From IMG/VR virus record IMGVR_UViG_2541047891_000001: a stretch of DNA of 18,532 nt; one strand, written 5' to 3'. Under the pieces are notes generated by a model. It was not told the DNA's origin, did not search any database, and saw nothing but the letters and a program-made list of their open reading frames with translations. The stretch's first letter is position 1. Each line of letters starts with the position of its first letter. Below are positions 1 to 7,837 of this stretch, piece by piece. The DNA comes from a virus. Its lineage: Duplodnaviria; Heunggongvirae; Uroviricota; Caudoviricetes. Made by a program: the position numbers and the translations under genes.

Positions 1-542
1 CCAAAACAGCACAGCAGCACATCGCCCGGCTGCGCCGCTGACAACGGCACCTGATACAGCCCTGTGGCCTCCAGATTATCCAGATAGAGATTCTGGCCGT
101 TACACCACCAGTCATCCTCACGATGAAAGTCCGGCATCTCAATCCCCGCCAGATGATAAGCATCCCGGAACAGCGTGTAACAGTCCGTCACCCCGTGCTC
201 AAAGCGCCGCCCGGTAAGATGCGGCACACAGCGGAACTTATGAATCTCACCCCGGCAGACCAGCCACCAAGGCAAATCGCTCTGCACCTGCAGCCGCCTG
301 TCAGCCTCACTCAGCCAGGGCAGACCACCGGGGTGGCTGTGGACCAGCGCCACAATCTCACCCTGCATCTCTGCCCGCAGCCAGTCCTCCGGCGACATCC
401 GGAAATACGCCTCCGGCTCACCGGAGATATTCACGCAGGGAAAATATCTTTCCCCTTCCGGCGTTCTCACCACGAAGCCGCACGACTCCGCTGGCGCACA
501 TCGCCGGGCGTGCGCCAGAATCGCTGATTCTGTCTGTGTCAT
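1..542 (-). CDS. K: Tail assembly protein K-like (lambda gpK family), partial: C-terminus lies beyond the window start
   Basis: Minus-strand translation from ATG at 542-540 gives MTQTESAILAHARRCAPAESCGFVVRTPEGERYF...EIVALVHSHPGGLPWLSEADRR..., which contains a JAMM/MPN motif (HSHP...SEAD). It lies immediately downstream of L (4 nt gap), in lambda gene order. Not in the ORF track because it runs off the window. Confidence 0.85.
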   Translation of the reverse strand, partial: MTQTESAILAHARRCAPAESCGFVVRTPEGERYFPCVNISGEPEAYFRMSPEDWLRAEMQGEIVALVHSHPGGLPWLSEADRRLQVQSDLPWWLVCRGEIHKFRCVPHLTGRRFEHGVTDCYTLFRDAYHLAGIEMPDFHREDDWWCNGQNLYLDNLEATGLYQVPLSAAQPGDVLLCCF

Positions 543-546
543 GGGA

Positions 547-1245
547 TTACTGCGAAAGTTTGTTAATGGAAAGGAAGCCGCCAAAGTTGCCGACGTTATT
601 GCGAAACTTACAGCCGCTCAGGCATTTGCTGCATTTATCCTTCGTGATATCGGACGTCGGCTGGTCATATTCATCCGCGACAGCCGGACCATGATAACCG
701 CACTCATCACCGCGATAGGTCCAGGTGCAGGTGTTGGCCAGCATGATGCGCCCCGGAAAAACAGCACCATCCGTTTCCGTCGGTGTGGAGAGCACAAAGG
801 AGGCACTGACCGCACTCAGTTCGCTGCACTGCTCGATGCGCCAGCGGCTGATCACCTCCTGCTCCGGATCGGCGTCGCTGTTTCCGTTGACGAAGTTCAC
901 CGCATCCAGAAAACGGGCGTAAACCTTACGCCTGACCACCGTTCCGCCGACCAGACTCTGCAGGTCTTCCGCCATCCCGGTGACCATGCCGTGCAGGTTA
1001 GAGACCGTCAGTGTCGGACGGGCAGCACTGCCCTTACCGTTCAGTTCAAATCCCGTCCCCTGAATGGGGTATGCCTGATACTGCCGCCCCTGCCAGGTGA
1101 CCGGCTCACCTTTTTCGTTCTGCTCATTACAGAAAAAATAACGTTCACCACCGACCTCTGTCAGATCGATTTCCCAGAGCACCACCAGGGCTGACTGAGT
1201 AAGGCGTGTCGTCTCATGATGTGTTTCCTGTGGAATATCCTGCAT
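547..1245 (-). CDS. L: Minor tail protein L (lambda gpL family)
   Basis: 232 aa, same length as lambda L, with near-identical recalled sequence (MQDI.QET...VVLWEIDLTEVGGERYFFCNEQNEKGEPVTWQGRQYQ). ATG at 1245-1243 preceded by GGAGG with 5 nt spacing. Sits between M and K. Confidence 0.9.
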   Translation of the reverse strand: MQDIPQETHHETTRLTQSALVVLWEIDLTEVGGERYFFCNEQNEKGEPVTWQGRQYQAYPIQGTGFELNGKGSAARPTLTVSNLHGMVTGMAEDLQSLVGGTVVRRKVYARFLDAVNFVNGNSDADPEQEVISRWRIEQCSELSAVSASFVLSTPTETDGAVFPGRIMLANTCTWTYRGDECGYHGPAVADEYDQPTSDITKDKCSKCLSGCKFRNNVGNFGGFLSINKLSQ

Positions 1246-1254
1246 CAGGGCCTC

Positions 1255-1584
1255 CTATGCCACGACCTGTTCAAAATCTGCCGTTATGGTTACCCACAGC
1301 GCCCCCACGCTTGCCGACCATTTACGACAAACCACCCTGATCGGCCTCCAGTCATAAGGTGGCGTCCACTGAAATGCGCGGACGCCACCGTGCCGTTCCA
1401 GAAAGGCTTTTAAAGATGGGTGTTCACATTTACGAACACGTATCGTCACGCTGTAAGTCGACAACTGGTTATTCAGTCCCGCCGCACGACGCTGTTCATA
1501 ACCATCGCCCAGCTTCACTGTCACCACTTTCGGCTCTGATACCACATTCATATCCGGGCGCACTTTCCAGTGAAACGTCTCCAT
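1255..1584 (-). CDS. M: Minor tail protein M (lambda gpM family)
   Basis: 109 aa, same length as lambda M. Its ATG at 1584-1582 overlaps the stop of the tape measure gene (TAATG). Position between H and L. Confidence 0.85.
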   Translation of the reverse strand: METFHWKVRPDMNVVSEPKVVTVKLGDGYEQRRAAGLNNQLSTYSVTIRVRKCEHPSLKAFLERHGGVRAFQWTPPYDWRPIRVVCRKWSASVGALWVTITADFEQVVA

Positions 1585-4500
1585 TACCGATATGCTCCAC
1601 TTAACCGACCACCATCACGGGCCTGCTGTTGCATAAAGTCCGCTGCCGCTTTTTTCCCAAGGTCATAAACCACCTTCAGGGCAGCCGGACCTATCTGCCC
1701 GTTCGTGCCATCGTTATTGATCTCGATGTTGTACTGCGGGGAAAACATCGCCATACCTGAACCCCCAATATCCGCCACAACCCCCAGCTTACCGTCAGCA
1801 CCACGACGCAATGGCAGAATGGCTTCAGGTCCCGCTTCCCCCATCACACCCGCGCCTTTTGCAAAAGCAAAAAACGTCGGACGGTTAACCACCGTGCCAC
1901 TGTAACGACTCAAATCAGCAGACTGATAAATCCCCCCATTGGCATTCAGGGAAAGGCTGCTGAGATCAAATCCCAGTACACTGCCAATCCCTTTTATCGA
2001 TTTCATCATGGTTGCCTGCGCCAGGATTTTCGCCATATCTGACAGCACAGAAGAGGTGAAGGATTTGAAATTGAGTTTGCCGGTAGTGACAAAAGTTGCC
2101 AGGCCATTTCCCATGTTGCTGAAGGCTGACGAGAACACCTGTTCTGCTGTTTCTGCCGTATTATCTGCATCCACGGTAAAATCCTGAAATGCACGCAGGA
2201 CTCCGTTTTTCCAGTTACCCTGCACAACTTCAAGCTGTTGCCAGTAACGGCGATTCTCATTCAGTTGTCGGTTCAGGCTCTCCGTCAGCGCCTGCTCGGC
2301 CTTTCTGTAGTCATCCGTGTTATATGTCCCTTTCTGCTCACTATCCCGCCTCAACTGCTCCAGCTGTTGCTGGTATTTCTGGCGAAGACTCAGTTGTACC
2401 TGATATCGCTGTCGCTGCTGATCACCCATACCCACCGTGGCGATATCCAGGTCATGTTGCTGACGCTGAGCGCGCTCTTCTTCAGCCAGTTGACTGGTCA
2501 GCTGAATTGTTTTTTTCTTCAGCTCGTTGAGTGCCGTCTGTTTCTGAAGCTCCTGCTGTTTTACATCCAGCAGCGTCAGTGCCTGAATCAGTTCATCTTT
2601 ACGGGCCAGCACACTCTTTTCATCTGCCGTCAGTTTTTTCCCGTCCAGGTCGCTGATGCGCTGCTGCAGAGCCAGGAGCTGTTTATGCGCTTCTGTCATC
2701 CTTTCCGTGGCAATGCCTGCTGACTGTCTGGCAGCAGCAATCTGTCCTTCCACCTGTGCCTGTTGCTGACTGTACTGCAGCAATAACCGGGTGGCCTCAT
2801 CATTACGGGTTTCGCGTGTTTTTTTCTTACCGGATGCCAGGGCTTTCTCGTAACGTTCATTTTCACGTTGTATCGCCGCATCCCTGACAGCCTGATCGGC
2901 GTACTGCATGGCATTAATACGCGCAATTTCACGCTGATGTCGTGCAGCTTCCGTTTCATTCATCCGGTTCAGTGCAGCATTTTCAGCATTACGGCGTTTC
3001 TGTTGCTCCTGATAATTCCGCTCTGCCTGCTCTTTTGCATCCTGCAAATCCTTCTGGCGTTTTTTCTCCTGAAGATCGTTAAGACGCTGCTGATCGTATT
3101 CAACCTGAGAAGATGATGCCGTCCAGGGGAGTCTTTTCGCCCGCGACACTTTCTCCTGCAAAGTGGCAATCTGCGCATCCAGCGAATCTTCACGACCAAT
3201 ATTCATGGCCGCATCCCAGAACTGCTTCCACCAGTCAGACAAAGTTTGCAGCGTACTGCCCAGCGCATTGAGGTTATTATCAATATCCGCAGTACGCCGA
3301 CCGGTTTCCTCTGCCAGTGCAGACATGGCTATCCGTGCCGCATCACTGGACCGCCCCTGCTCTCCAAGGACGCGTATCTGCTCAAGCTGAGTGGCAGTAA
3401 GAAAATGCAGCTCATTGTCCAGAGACTTCGCGGCATTTACAGGATCATCCTTCAGCCGCTTAAACTGATTTATGGTATCGCTGACCGACTGGCCAACCGA
3501 TCGCTCCATCTGTGCGGCAGCTCTCGCCACCATACCGATATCGTTTCCACGAAATGCACCACTCCCCACCACCTGAGCCAGCGCACCGGCTGCAGCATGT
3601 TGCGTGATACCATTCCCGGAAATAGCACGACTGAGCGTCCACAGCTGCCCGGCAGTGACTCCGGCATAATGCCCCGTCAGCGACAGCTGGCGGTTAAATT
3701 CTTCCCCCTCCTTCTGACCGTCATACCAGGCTTTACCCAGACCATAGACGGCCGCGGTAATACCGCCAATAACCCCGCCCAGCATCATGCCTTTCGGTGA
3801 CATCAGTGTGTCTATCCATCCGGCACGGTTAGCCAGCGTTATCCCGGATCCCCTCAGCGCCCCTAAATTGCCGCGGGCCAGTTCACCTATCAGAACGCCT
3901 ATCTCCTGGCGGGCCGCTGCACTTTTCAGACCCAGCGAATGCGTGGCTTTTCCTGCCCGCTCCATTTTGCGGATATACACTTCTGCAGCACTGCTTACCC
4001 CCAGCTGGGCAGCCCTGGCACGAAGCAACTCAGAAGAAGAAAGATTCTGGCGGGTTGCCTGCTCTTTAAGCTGACGGATAAACGCCACTTTCTGTCGGGT
4101 AGCCTCTGCCTCAGCCTGCGTAAGAACACGGGTTTTCGCCGTAACCTCAGAAATCAGCGCCAGATAATCCTGCTGACCAATCCCGCCACTGTTTCTGGCC
4201 TGTCGGATCTGCTGCTGAATACGCTGTAATTCCTGCAGCCCCGCACTGGCCTGTTTCACACTGTCAATCTGACGATAAAACGCAGCAGCCGCTTTATCCT
4301 GAGCCTCCGCCAGAGCCATGGCCTGCGCCTGTTCCTCGCGCATTTTCTGGCTCAGTGCCTCCATGCGCTGGCGGGTTTTCTCCACCTCGCGGGCCATGCG
4401 TTCATGAGCCTGTGCGTTCTTCTCCACCGTCTGCGCATGGACGGATGCGGCTGTTGCAGCCGAAGAAGCTGCCTGCGTTGTCTGCCGGGCGGCCTGAGTC

Positions 4501-4649
4501 TGACGCTCCATAAAACGCTGCATACGGGCAGAAGACCGTTCTGCATCGCTGGCTGCACCATTCAGAAGGTTTTTGATACGGGGAATTTCATTTTTAAACT
4601 CTGCCGCATCAATCCCCAAATCAATGACCAGGTTGGCTATCTGGTCCAT
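1584..4649 (-). CDS. H: Tail tape measure protein (lambda gpH-like), about 1021 aa from the ATG start
   Basis: The C-terminus (INNDGTNGQIGPAALKVVYDLGKKAAADFMQQQARDGG) matches the lambda H C-terminus as I recall it. Long Q/E/R-rich coiled-coil middle and glycine-rich hydrophobic segments. The ORF-track start at 4679 is TTG; the first ATG is at 4649-4647, preceded by GGAGG with 8 nt spacing, and the downstream residues (DQIANLVIDLGIDAA) resemble the lambda H N-terminus. Confidence 0.85.
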   Translation of the reverse strand: MDQIANLVIDLGIDAAEFKNEIPRIKNLLNGAASDAERSSARMQRFMERQTQAARQTTQAASSAATAASVHAQTVEKNAQAHERMAREVEKTRQRMEALSQKMREEQAQAMALAEAQDKAAAAFYRQIDSVKQASAGLQELQRIQQQIRQARNSGGIGQQDYLALISEVTAKTRVLTQAEAEATRQKVAFIRQLKEQATRQNLSSSELLRARAAQLGVSSAAEVYIRKMERAGKATHSLGLKSAAARQEIGVLIGELARGNLGALRGSGITLANRAGWIDTLMSPKGMMLGGVIGGITAAVYGLGKAWYDGQKEGEEFNRQLSLTGHYAGVTAGQLWTLSRAISGNGITQHAAAGALAQVVGSGAFRGNDIGMVARAAAQMERSVGQSVSDTINQFKRLKDDPVNAAKSLDNELHFLTATQLEQIRVLGEQGRSSDAARIAMSALAEETGRRTADIDNNLNALGSTLQTLSDWWKQFWDAAMNIGREDSLDAQIATLQEKVSRAKRLPWTASSSQVEYDQQRLNDLQEKKRQKDLQDAKEQAERNYQEQQKRRNAENAALNRMNETEAARHQREIARINAMQYADQAVRDAAIQRENERYEKALASGKKKTRETRNDEATRLLLQYSQQQAQVEGQIAAARQSAGIATERMTEAHKQLLALQQRISDLDGKKLTADEKSVLARKDELIQALTLLDVKQQELQKQTALNELKKKTIQLTSQLAEEERAQRQQHDLDIATVGMGDQQRQRYQVQLSLRQKYQQQLEQLRRDSEQKGTYNTDDYRKAEQALTESLNRQLNENRRYWQQLEVVQGNWKNGVLRAFQDFTVDADNTAETAEQVFSSAFSNMGNGLATFVTTGKLNFKSFTSSVLSDMAKILAQATMMKSIKGIGSVLGFDLSSLSLNANGGIYQSADLSRYSGTVVNRPTFFAFAKGAGVMGEAGPEAILPLRRGADGKLGVVADIGGSGMAMFSPQYNIEINNDGTNGQIGPAALKVVYDLGKKAAADFMQQQARDGGRLSGAYR

Positions 4650-4950
4650 AACGCACACCTCCGGAAATACCTTCCCCAAGATGCATCAGTTCTTCGTCCG
4701 TTCGCTCCGGTATCCCGTTCTCTTCCGGTAAAAGGCTGAAATCAGCCACCGCAGCATCACTGCTGCCGGACACCATTCTCACGATCAATGCCTTCAGCGA
4801 GGCAAACTGCGCATCCATCCACACATCACTGAAGCTCTGCATCCGGAAATAATCGCCCCACTCACCAAGCTCAGTGGCCGACATTTCCGACAGCATCCGC
4901 CGCCAGTCTGCCCGCCGGAACTCCCGGGCAAGCCGCATGACAAACTGCAT
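4621..4950 (-). CDS. T: Tail assembly chaperone T-frame segment, probably expressed only as a G-T fusion by -1 frameshifting
   Basis: ORF in the -1 frame relative to G, overlapping the G 3' end. This frame is open upstream of its ATG through the slippery site at 4971-4965. Conserved G / G-T arrangement of long-tailed phages. Confidence 0.6.
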   Translation of the reverse strand: MQFVMRLAREFRRADWRRMLSEMSATELGEWGDYFRMQSFSDVWMDAQFASLKALIVRMVSGSSDAAVADFSLLPEENGIPERTDEELMHLGEGISGGVRYGPDSQPGH

Positions 4951-4958
4951 TTCCCGCG

Positions 4959-5345
4959 TCAGGACTTTTCCGGCGTCAGCGCCTCATGCTCATCATCCAC
5001 GGCATTATCAATGGCCCCCATACCGCTCAGCGACAGAACCATCTCCGCCCCCGCACCCAGGGCATCATACGACCATGTTGTAATAACGGATGCGCAAAGC
5101 GTCTCTACATCCTTAGACTGATCCGCATTCCACAGTGAGCGGGAAACCAGCCAGGCATTGATATCCATCCCCATCCGCAGAAAAGCAATCTGTCGTTCAG
5201 CCTCCGGCAGTTCTCCCTCCACGGCATCAAACTTTGCCGTTCGCTGCTGAACAAACGTCAGATATTCAATTCTCTGCAGCCCGGACAGCTCACTGAGCAC
5301 CACGGACTGTTTTTCATAATTAAACGTGTCCTGTTTCAGAAACAT
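4959..5345 (-). CDS. G: Tail assembly chaperone G (lambda gpG-like)
   Basis: Positioned between V and T-H. Starts MFLKQD..., like lambda G (MFLK...). GGAG lies 6 nt upstream of the ATG at 5345-5343; the ORF-track start at 5387 is TTG. Acidic C-terminal region (VDDEHEALTPEKS). Confidence 0.8.
   Translation of the reverse strand: MFLKQDTFNYEKQSVVLSELSGLQRIEYLTFVQQRTAKFDAVEGELPEAERQIAFLRMGMDINAWLVSRSLWNADQSKDVETLCASVITTWSYDALGAGAEMVLSLSGMGAIDNAVDDEHEALTPEKS
4965..4971 (-). other. Candidate -1 programmed ribosomal frameshift site (heptamer GGAAAAG on the minus strand) giving a G-T fusion
   Basis: G frame reads CCG GAA AAG TCC TGA; the -1 frame reads GGA AAA GTC and stays open into the T ORF. 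Analogous position to the lambda G-T slip site (GGGAAAG as I recall it). Confidence 0.5.
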
Positions 5346-5361
5346 CATGTTCTCCACCTGC

Positions 5362-5385
5362 AAAAAAGCCCCGCATAACCGGGGC
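5362..5385 (-). terminator. Intrinsic terminator-like hairpin plus T-run immediately downstream of the major tail gene
   Basis: Minus strand reads GCCCCG-GTTATG-CGGGGC followed by TTTTTT, lying between the V stop (5406) and the G ribosome-binding site. Confidence 0.5.
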
Positions 5386-5405
5386 AAATGATGAGTATCG
5401 TCCTG

Positions 5406-6149
5406 TTAACCTGCTGCGCTGACAGTCACCGCAGTCACAGCCACAAAATTCCCGTCAGCGGTCATGCCCACAATGCTGACACTGCCCTGCTTCACGCCTT
5501 TTACCGTGGCCACAAGTCCGTTCAGGGTAACCGTGGCAGTCTGTGGATCTGACGAATGCACACTGATCGCTTTGTCACTGGCTCCGTCAGGTTTTACTGT
5601 AAAGGTCAGCGTGGTGGTTGCTCCCACTTTTACACTGGCAGACGCCGGTGATACTGTCAGCCCGGTAACGCTCACGGTTTCAGTGCCTTCCTCTGCCAGA
5701 TACGGACGCCCCACACCGCTGATTTTCACAGTGCGGGTCATCACGTCTTTTGAGGCAATGGTTTTACCCAGTGAGCTCAGCCAGCCACGGAAAACATCAA
5801 CAGTGCCGTTGGGATATTTGATACGAAACGCGCAGACTTCACCGGAGTCGAACAACTGAACCAGTTTTTTCTGCCCGCTGTCACCCGGACGCCAGGCCAG
5901 CGTCGCCGAAGTATCACCAACGGATTTCTGCCCCTGGGTTGTCGTTTTCCAGTCTGCATCTTCATCATCGAGATAAGTGTCATCTTCTGCATCAGCGGTC
6001 ATTTCGCCAGGTTGCAGATCCTTCACCATCGCAAGACGCAGCCAGTCAGTGTCCGACAAAGGGTTCGCAAACGCATCGCCGTTGCCGGTATACATCCAGA
6101 ACGTCGTCCCCGCACCTTTCGTCTTTGCCAGTGGATTTGGTGTGGTCAT
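5406..6149 (-). CDS. V: Major tail protein V (lambda gpV-like) with a C-terminal Ig-like (Big_2-type) domain
   Basis: From the ATG at 6149-6147 (AGGAGG directly upstream) the protein starts MTTPNPLAKTKGAGTTFWMY..., matching the lambda V N-terminus (MPVPNP...KGAGTTLW) as I recall it. The C-terminus is T/V/S-rich beta-type repeats typical of the Ig-like domain. The ORF-track start at 6224 adds an implausible extension overlapping U. Confidence 0.85.
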   Translation of the reverse strand: MTTPNPLAKTKGAGTTFWMYTGNGDAFANPLSDTDWLRLAMVKDLQPGEMTADAEDDTYLDDEDADWKTTTQGQKSVGDTSATLAWRPGDSGQKKLVQLFDSGEVCAFRIKYPNGTVDVFRGWLSSLGKTIASKDVMTRTVKISGVGRPYLAEEGTETVSVTGLTVSPASASVKVGATTTLTFTVKPDGASDKAISVHSSDPQTATVTLNGLVATVKGVKQGSVSIVGMTADGNFVAVTAVTVSAAG

Positions 6150-6159
6150 TACCACCTCC

Positions 6160-6561
6160 TTAATTCGTGTACGTGATCTGGTACGTGATTTCCGCCATCG
6201 CCCAGGTGGCCATCTCATTATCACGTTGATAGTTAAAACCGAGTGGGTTCAGGGTGTCGATGAGTCCGGAAAGTGCCGGTACATCATTCAGGGCCGGGAA
6301 AATGGTGCTCTCCATCCACATATCCAGCTCTGAATCCGGTGCCTGTGCCCGGATGAAGACGGCAATATGCAGAACAGCCTGCCAGTCATCTTCATCCGTC
6401 ATTTTTCCGGTGTACTGAGCATCACTCAGCCACACCGCCACGGCAGGCAGTTCCTGCGCATCAATAAATGCCGGAAGCCCGTCAAAAAACGTGGCGCTGT
6501 CTCCACACTGTTCCCGAAGGCGTGCCAGTACGACCTGGCGGATTTGTGTATGTCGGTTCAT
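6160..6561 (-). CDS. U: Tail terminator protein U (lambda gpU-like)
   Basis: Contains ATFFDG...FPAVAVWL...YTG...DSELD.WMES, similar to lambda U as I recall it. I chose the ATG at 6561-6559 because it overlaps the Z stop (ATGA coupling) and aligns with the lambda U start. The alternative start is 6573. Confidence 0.8.
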   Translation of the reverse strand: MNRHTQIRQVVLARLREQCGDSATFFDGLPAFIDAQELPAVAVWLSDAQYTGKMTDEDDWQAVLHIAVFIRAQAPDSELDMWMESTIFPALNDVPALSGLIDTLNPLGFNYQRDNEMATWAMAEITYQITYTN

Positions 6562-7148
6562 CGGGTCAGCCATAACCTCAGTTGTTGTTTCAGTGCATAC
6601 CCCAGCTGTTTCGGCATTTCCGCAGCAATGATGTGGTCGCGGGCATCTTCAAATGCCTGTGTCAGCGGTCCGGACAGCGGGATTTTCACTACCTCCACAG
6701 GAAGACGATTTTTTCTTGGCCTGCCCTGATGGTCATGCCCTGTTGCAAAACGCGCTTCAGGAAGACGCCTCAGAACATGCCAGCGGCCATTCGCCAGTTG
6801 CTGAACAAATGCCCCCCGGAAAAAGTATTTTCCCACTCTCAGTCCTTCACCAGCACGCCGCCGTGTTGTGTTCAGTTTGATGGCGGGCAGATTGCCCCGG
6901 TTAACGCGGATCCTGGCCGTCATTTTTCCTGACGGACTGGCTTTAAACACCCGGACACGCTGACGTACCAGTTTCAGGGGGATCCCTTTCACCTGGTTAT
7001 CTCCCGCAACGGTATTCCCGGCAACCTGCCGGGTGGCAACCGAGACCGCTTTCTGTGCCACACGGTTTATCGCCCATGCGCTGGCCTGTGGCACCATACG
7101 GGTATCAAGGCTGTTCAGATTGCGGATGGCATTCTCAAGCCCCTTCAT
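6558..7148 (-). CDS. Tail completion protein (gpZ-like by position and size)
   Basis: 196 aa ORF between the FII-like gene and U. ATG at 7148-7146 with AGAGGTG upstream. The assignment is by synteny and size (lambda Z is about 192 aa), not by a sequence match I can verify. Confidence 0.6.
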   Translation of the reverse strand: MKGLENAIRNLNSLDTRMVPQASAWAINRVAQKAVSVATRQVAGNTVAGDNQVKGIPLKLVRQRVRVFKASPSGKMTARIRVNRGNLPAIKLNTTRRRAGEGLRVGKYFFRGAFVQQLANGRWHVLRRLPEARFATGHDHQGRPRKNRLPVEVVKIPLSGPLTQAFEDARDHIIAAEMPKQLGYALKQQLRLWLTR

Positions 7149-7159
7149 CCCACACCTCT

Positions 7160-7435
7160 TTACTCAATAAAGATCATTGGCTTACCGTTAAAGCGTTCAT
7201 GCCGTGTGACCGTCCATTGTTGTCCGTCATAAACAACGCGATCCCCGCGCCGTGGGCGGTATCCCGAAGAAAACACCACCAGAGAGACCGCAGGTCCGGA
7301 CAGAGCATTCAGCTCTGCCAGTGTTTCTCCCGGGATCACAGTCATATCGACATCATTAATCGAGGCTGTCTTTCCCATCTTTCTGACCGTGATCGCATCC
7401 ATACGCGCTGCCAGCCGGGAAAAGGGATCAGACAT
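7160..7435 (-). CDS. Head-tail joining / head completion protein (FII-like by position)
   Basis: 91 aa ORF starting at ATG 7435-7433, between the head genes and Z. Small beta-rich protein ending RVVYDGQQWTVTRHERFNGKPMIFIE. Function assigned by synteny. Confidence 0.5.
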   Translation of the reverse strand: MSDPFSRLAARMDAITVRKMGKTASINDVDMTVIPGETLAELNALSGPAVSLVVFSSGYRPRRGDRVVYDGQQWTVTRHERFNGKPMIFIE

Positions 7436-7751
7436 TGAGTTTTACCGGCACTTCTTCTGCACTGGTTCCGGCATCTGCCCAGACAACCCCGACCAGCGGA
7501 TCAGAGCCGCTGTTAGTCAGCTGAACTTTTCCGGACTTCAGATAAACCTTCTTACCCGTTTTCATGTCATCCGTTTTCAGCTTAGGCAGCATAAACACAC
7601 CTTCGGTCATGCCGTCGCCTGTTTCACCCTGTGGAATATCGGTCAGCGCCACCGCAAAAACATCACCCACCTGCACCAGCTCTCCGCTGCTGATGGCTGC
7701 ACTGGCAACAATCGCCACCGTTTTTCCTTCTTCTACAAAATTCTTTGCCAT
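7428..7751 (-). CDS. Small head-associated structural protein (DUF2190-like; possible capsid decoration/cement protein)
   Basis: 107 aa from the ATG at 7751-7749 (GGAG 8 nt upstream). Motifs GVFMLPK and a C-terminal VGVVWADAG...VPVKLNV resemble the DUF2190 family as I recall it. Lies directly downstream of the capsid gene. Confidence 0.45.
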   Translation of the reverse strand: MAKNFVEEGKTVAIVASAAISSGELVQVGDVFAVALTDIPQGETGDGMTEGVFMLPKLKTDDMKTGKKVYLKSGKVQLTNSGSDPLVGVVWADAGTSAEEVPVKLNV

Positions 7752-7793
7752 AACTGTCTCCGCACAGCCCCGTTCAGGGGCTGATTTCAGGTA

Positions 7794-7813
7794 CAAAAAA
7801 AGCCCTTACGGGC
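7794..7813 (-). terminator. Weak intrinsic terminator-like element just downstream of the capsid gene
   Basis: Minus strand reads GCCC-GTAA-GGGC followed by TTTTTTT, 25 nt after the capsid stop. A second 7-bp hairpin (CAGCCCC-TGAAC-GGGGCTG) sits at 7765-7783. Confidence 0.4.
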
Positions 7814-7837
7814 CATCAGAGTTGTTGTCTGCGACGT

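Noticed and set aside
123-1194. Plus-strand ORFs 123-527 and 541-1194 (134 and 217 aa)
   Set aside because: They lie entirely antisense to the well-supported K and L genes and have no recognisable motifs; typical shadow ORFs in GC-rich coding sequence.
4650-4679. ORF-track start of the tape measure gene at 4679, and similarly G at 5387
   Set aside because: These codons are TTG on the coding strand; the track allows alternative starts. In-frame ATGs with proper Shine-Dalgarno spacing exist downstream at 4649 and 5345 and align with the lambda protein N-termini.
2189-4739. Multiple plus-strand and alternative-frame ORFs inside the tape measure gene (e.g. 2238-2723, 3246-3800, 4404-4739)
   Set aside because: All are embedded in or antisense to the 3 kb tape measure ORF, whose C-terminus matches lambda H. 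The repetitive coiled-coil coding sequence generates long open frames on both strands.
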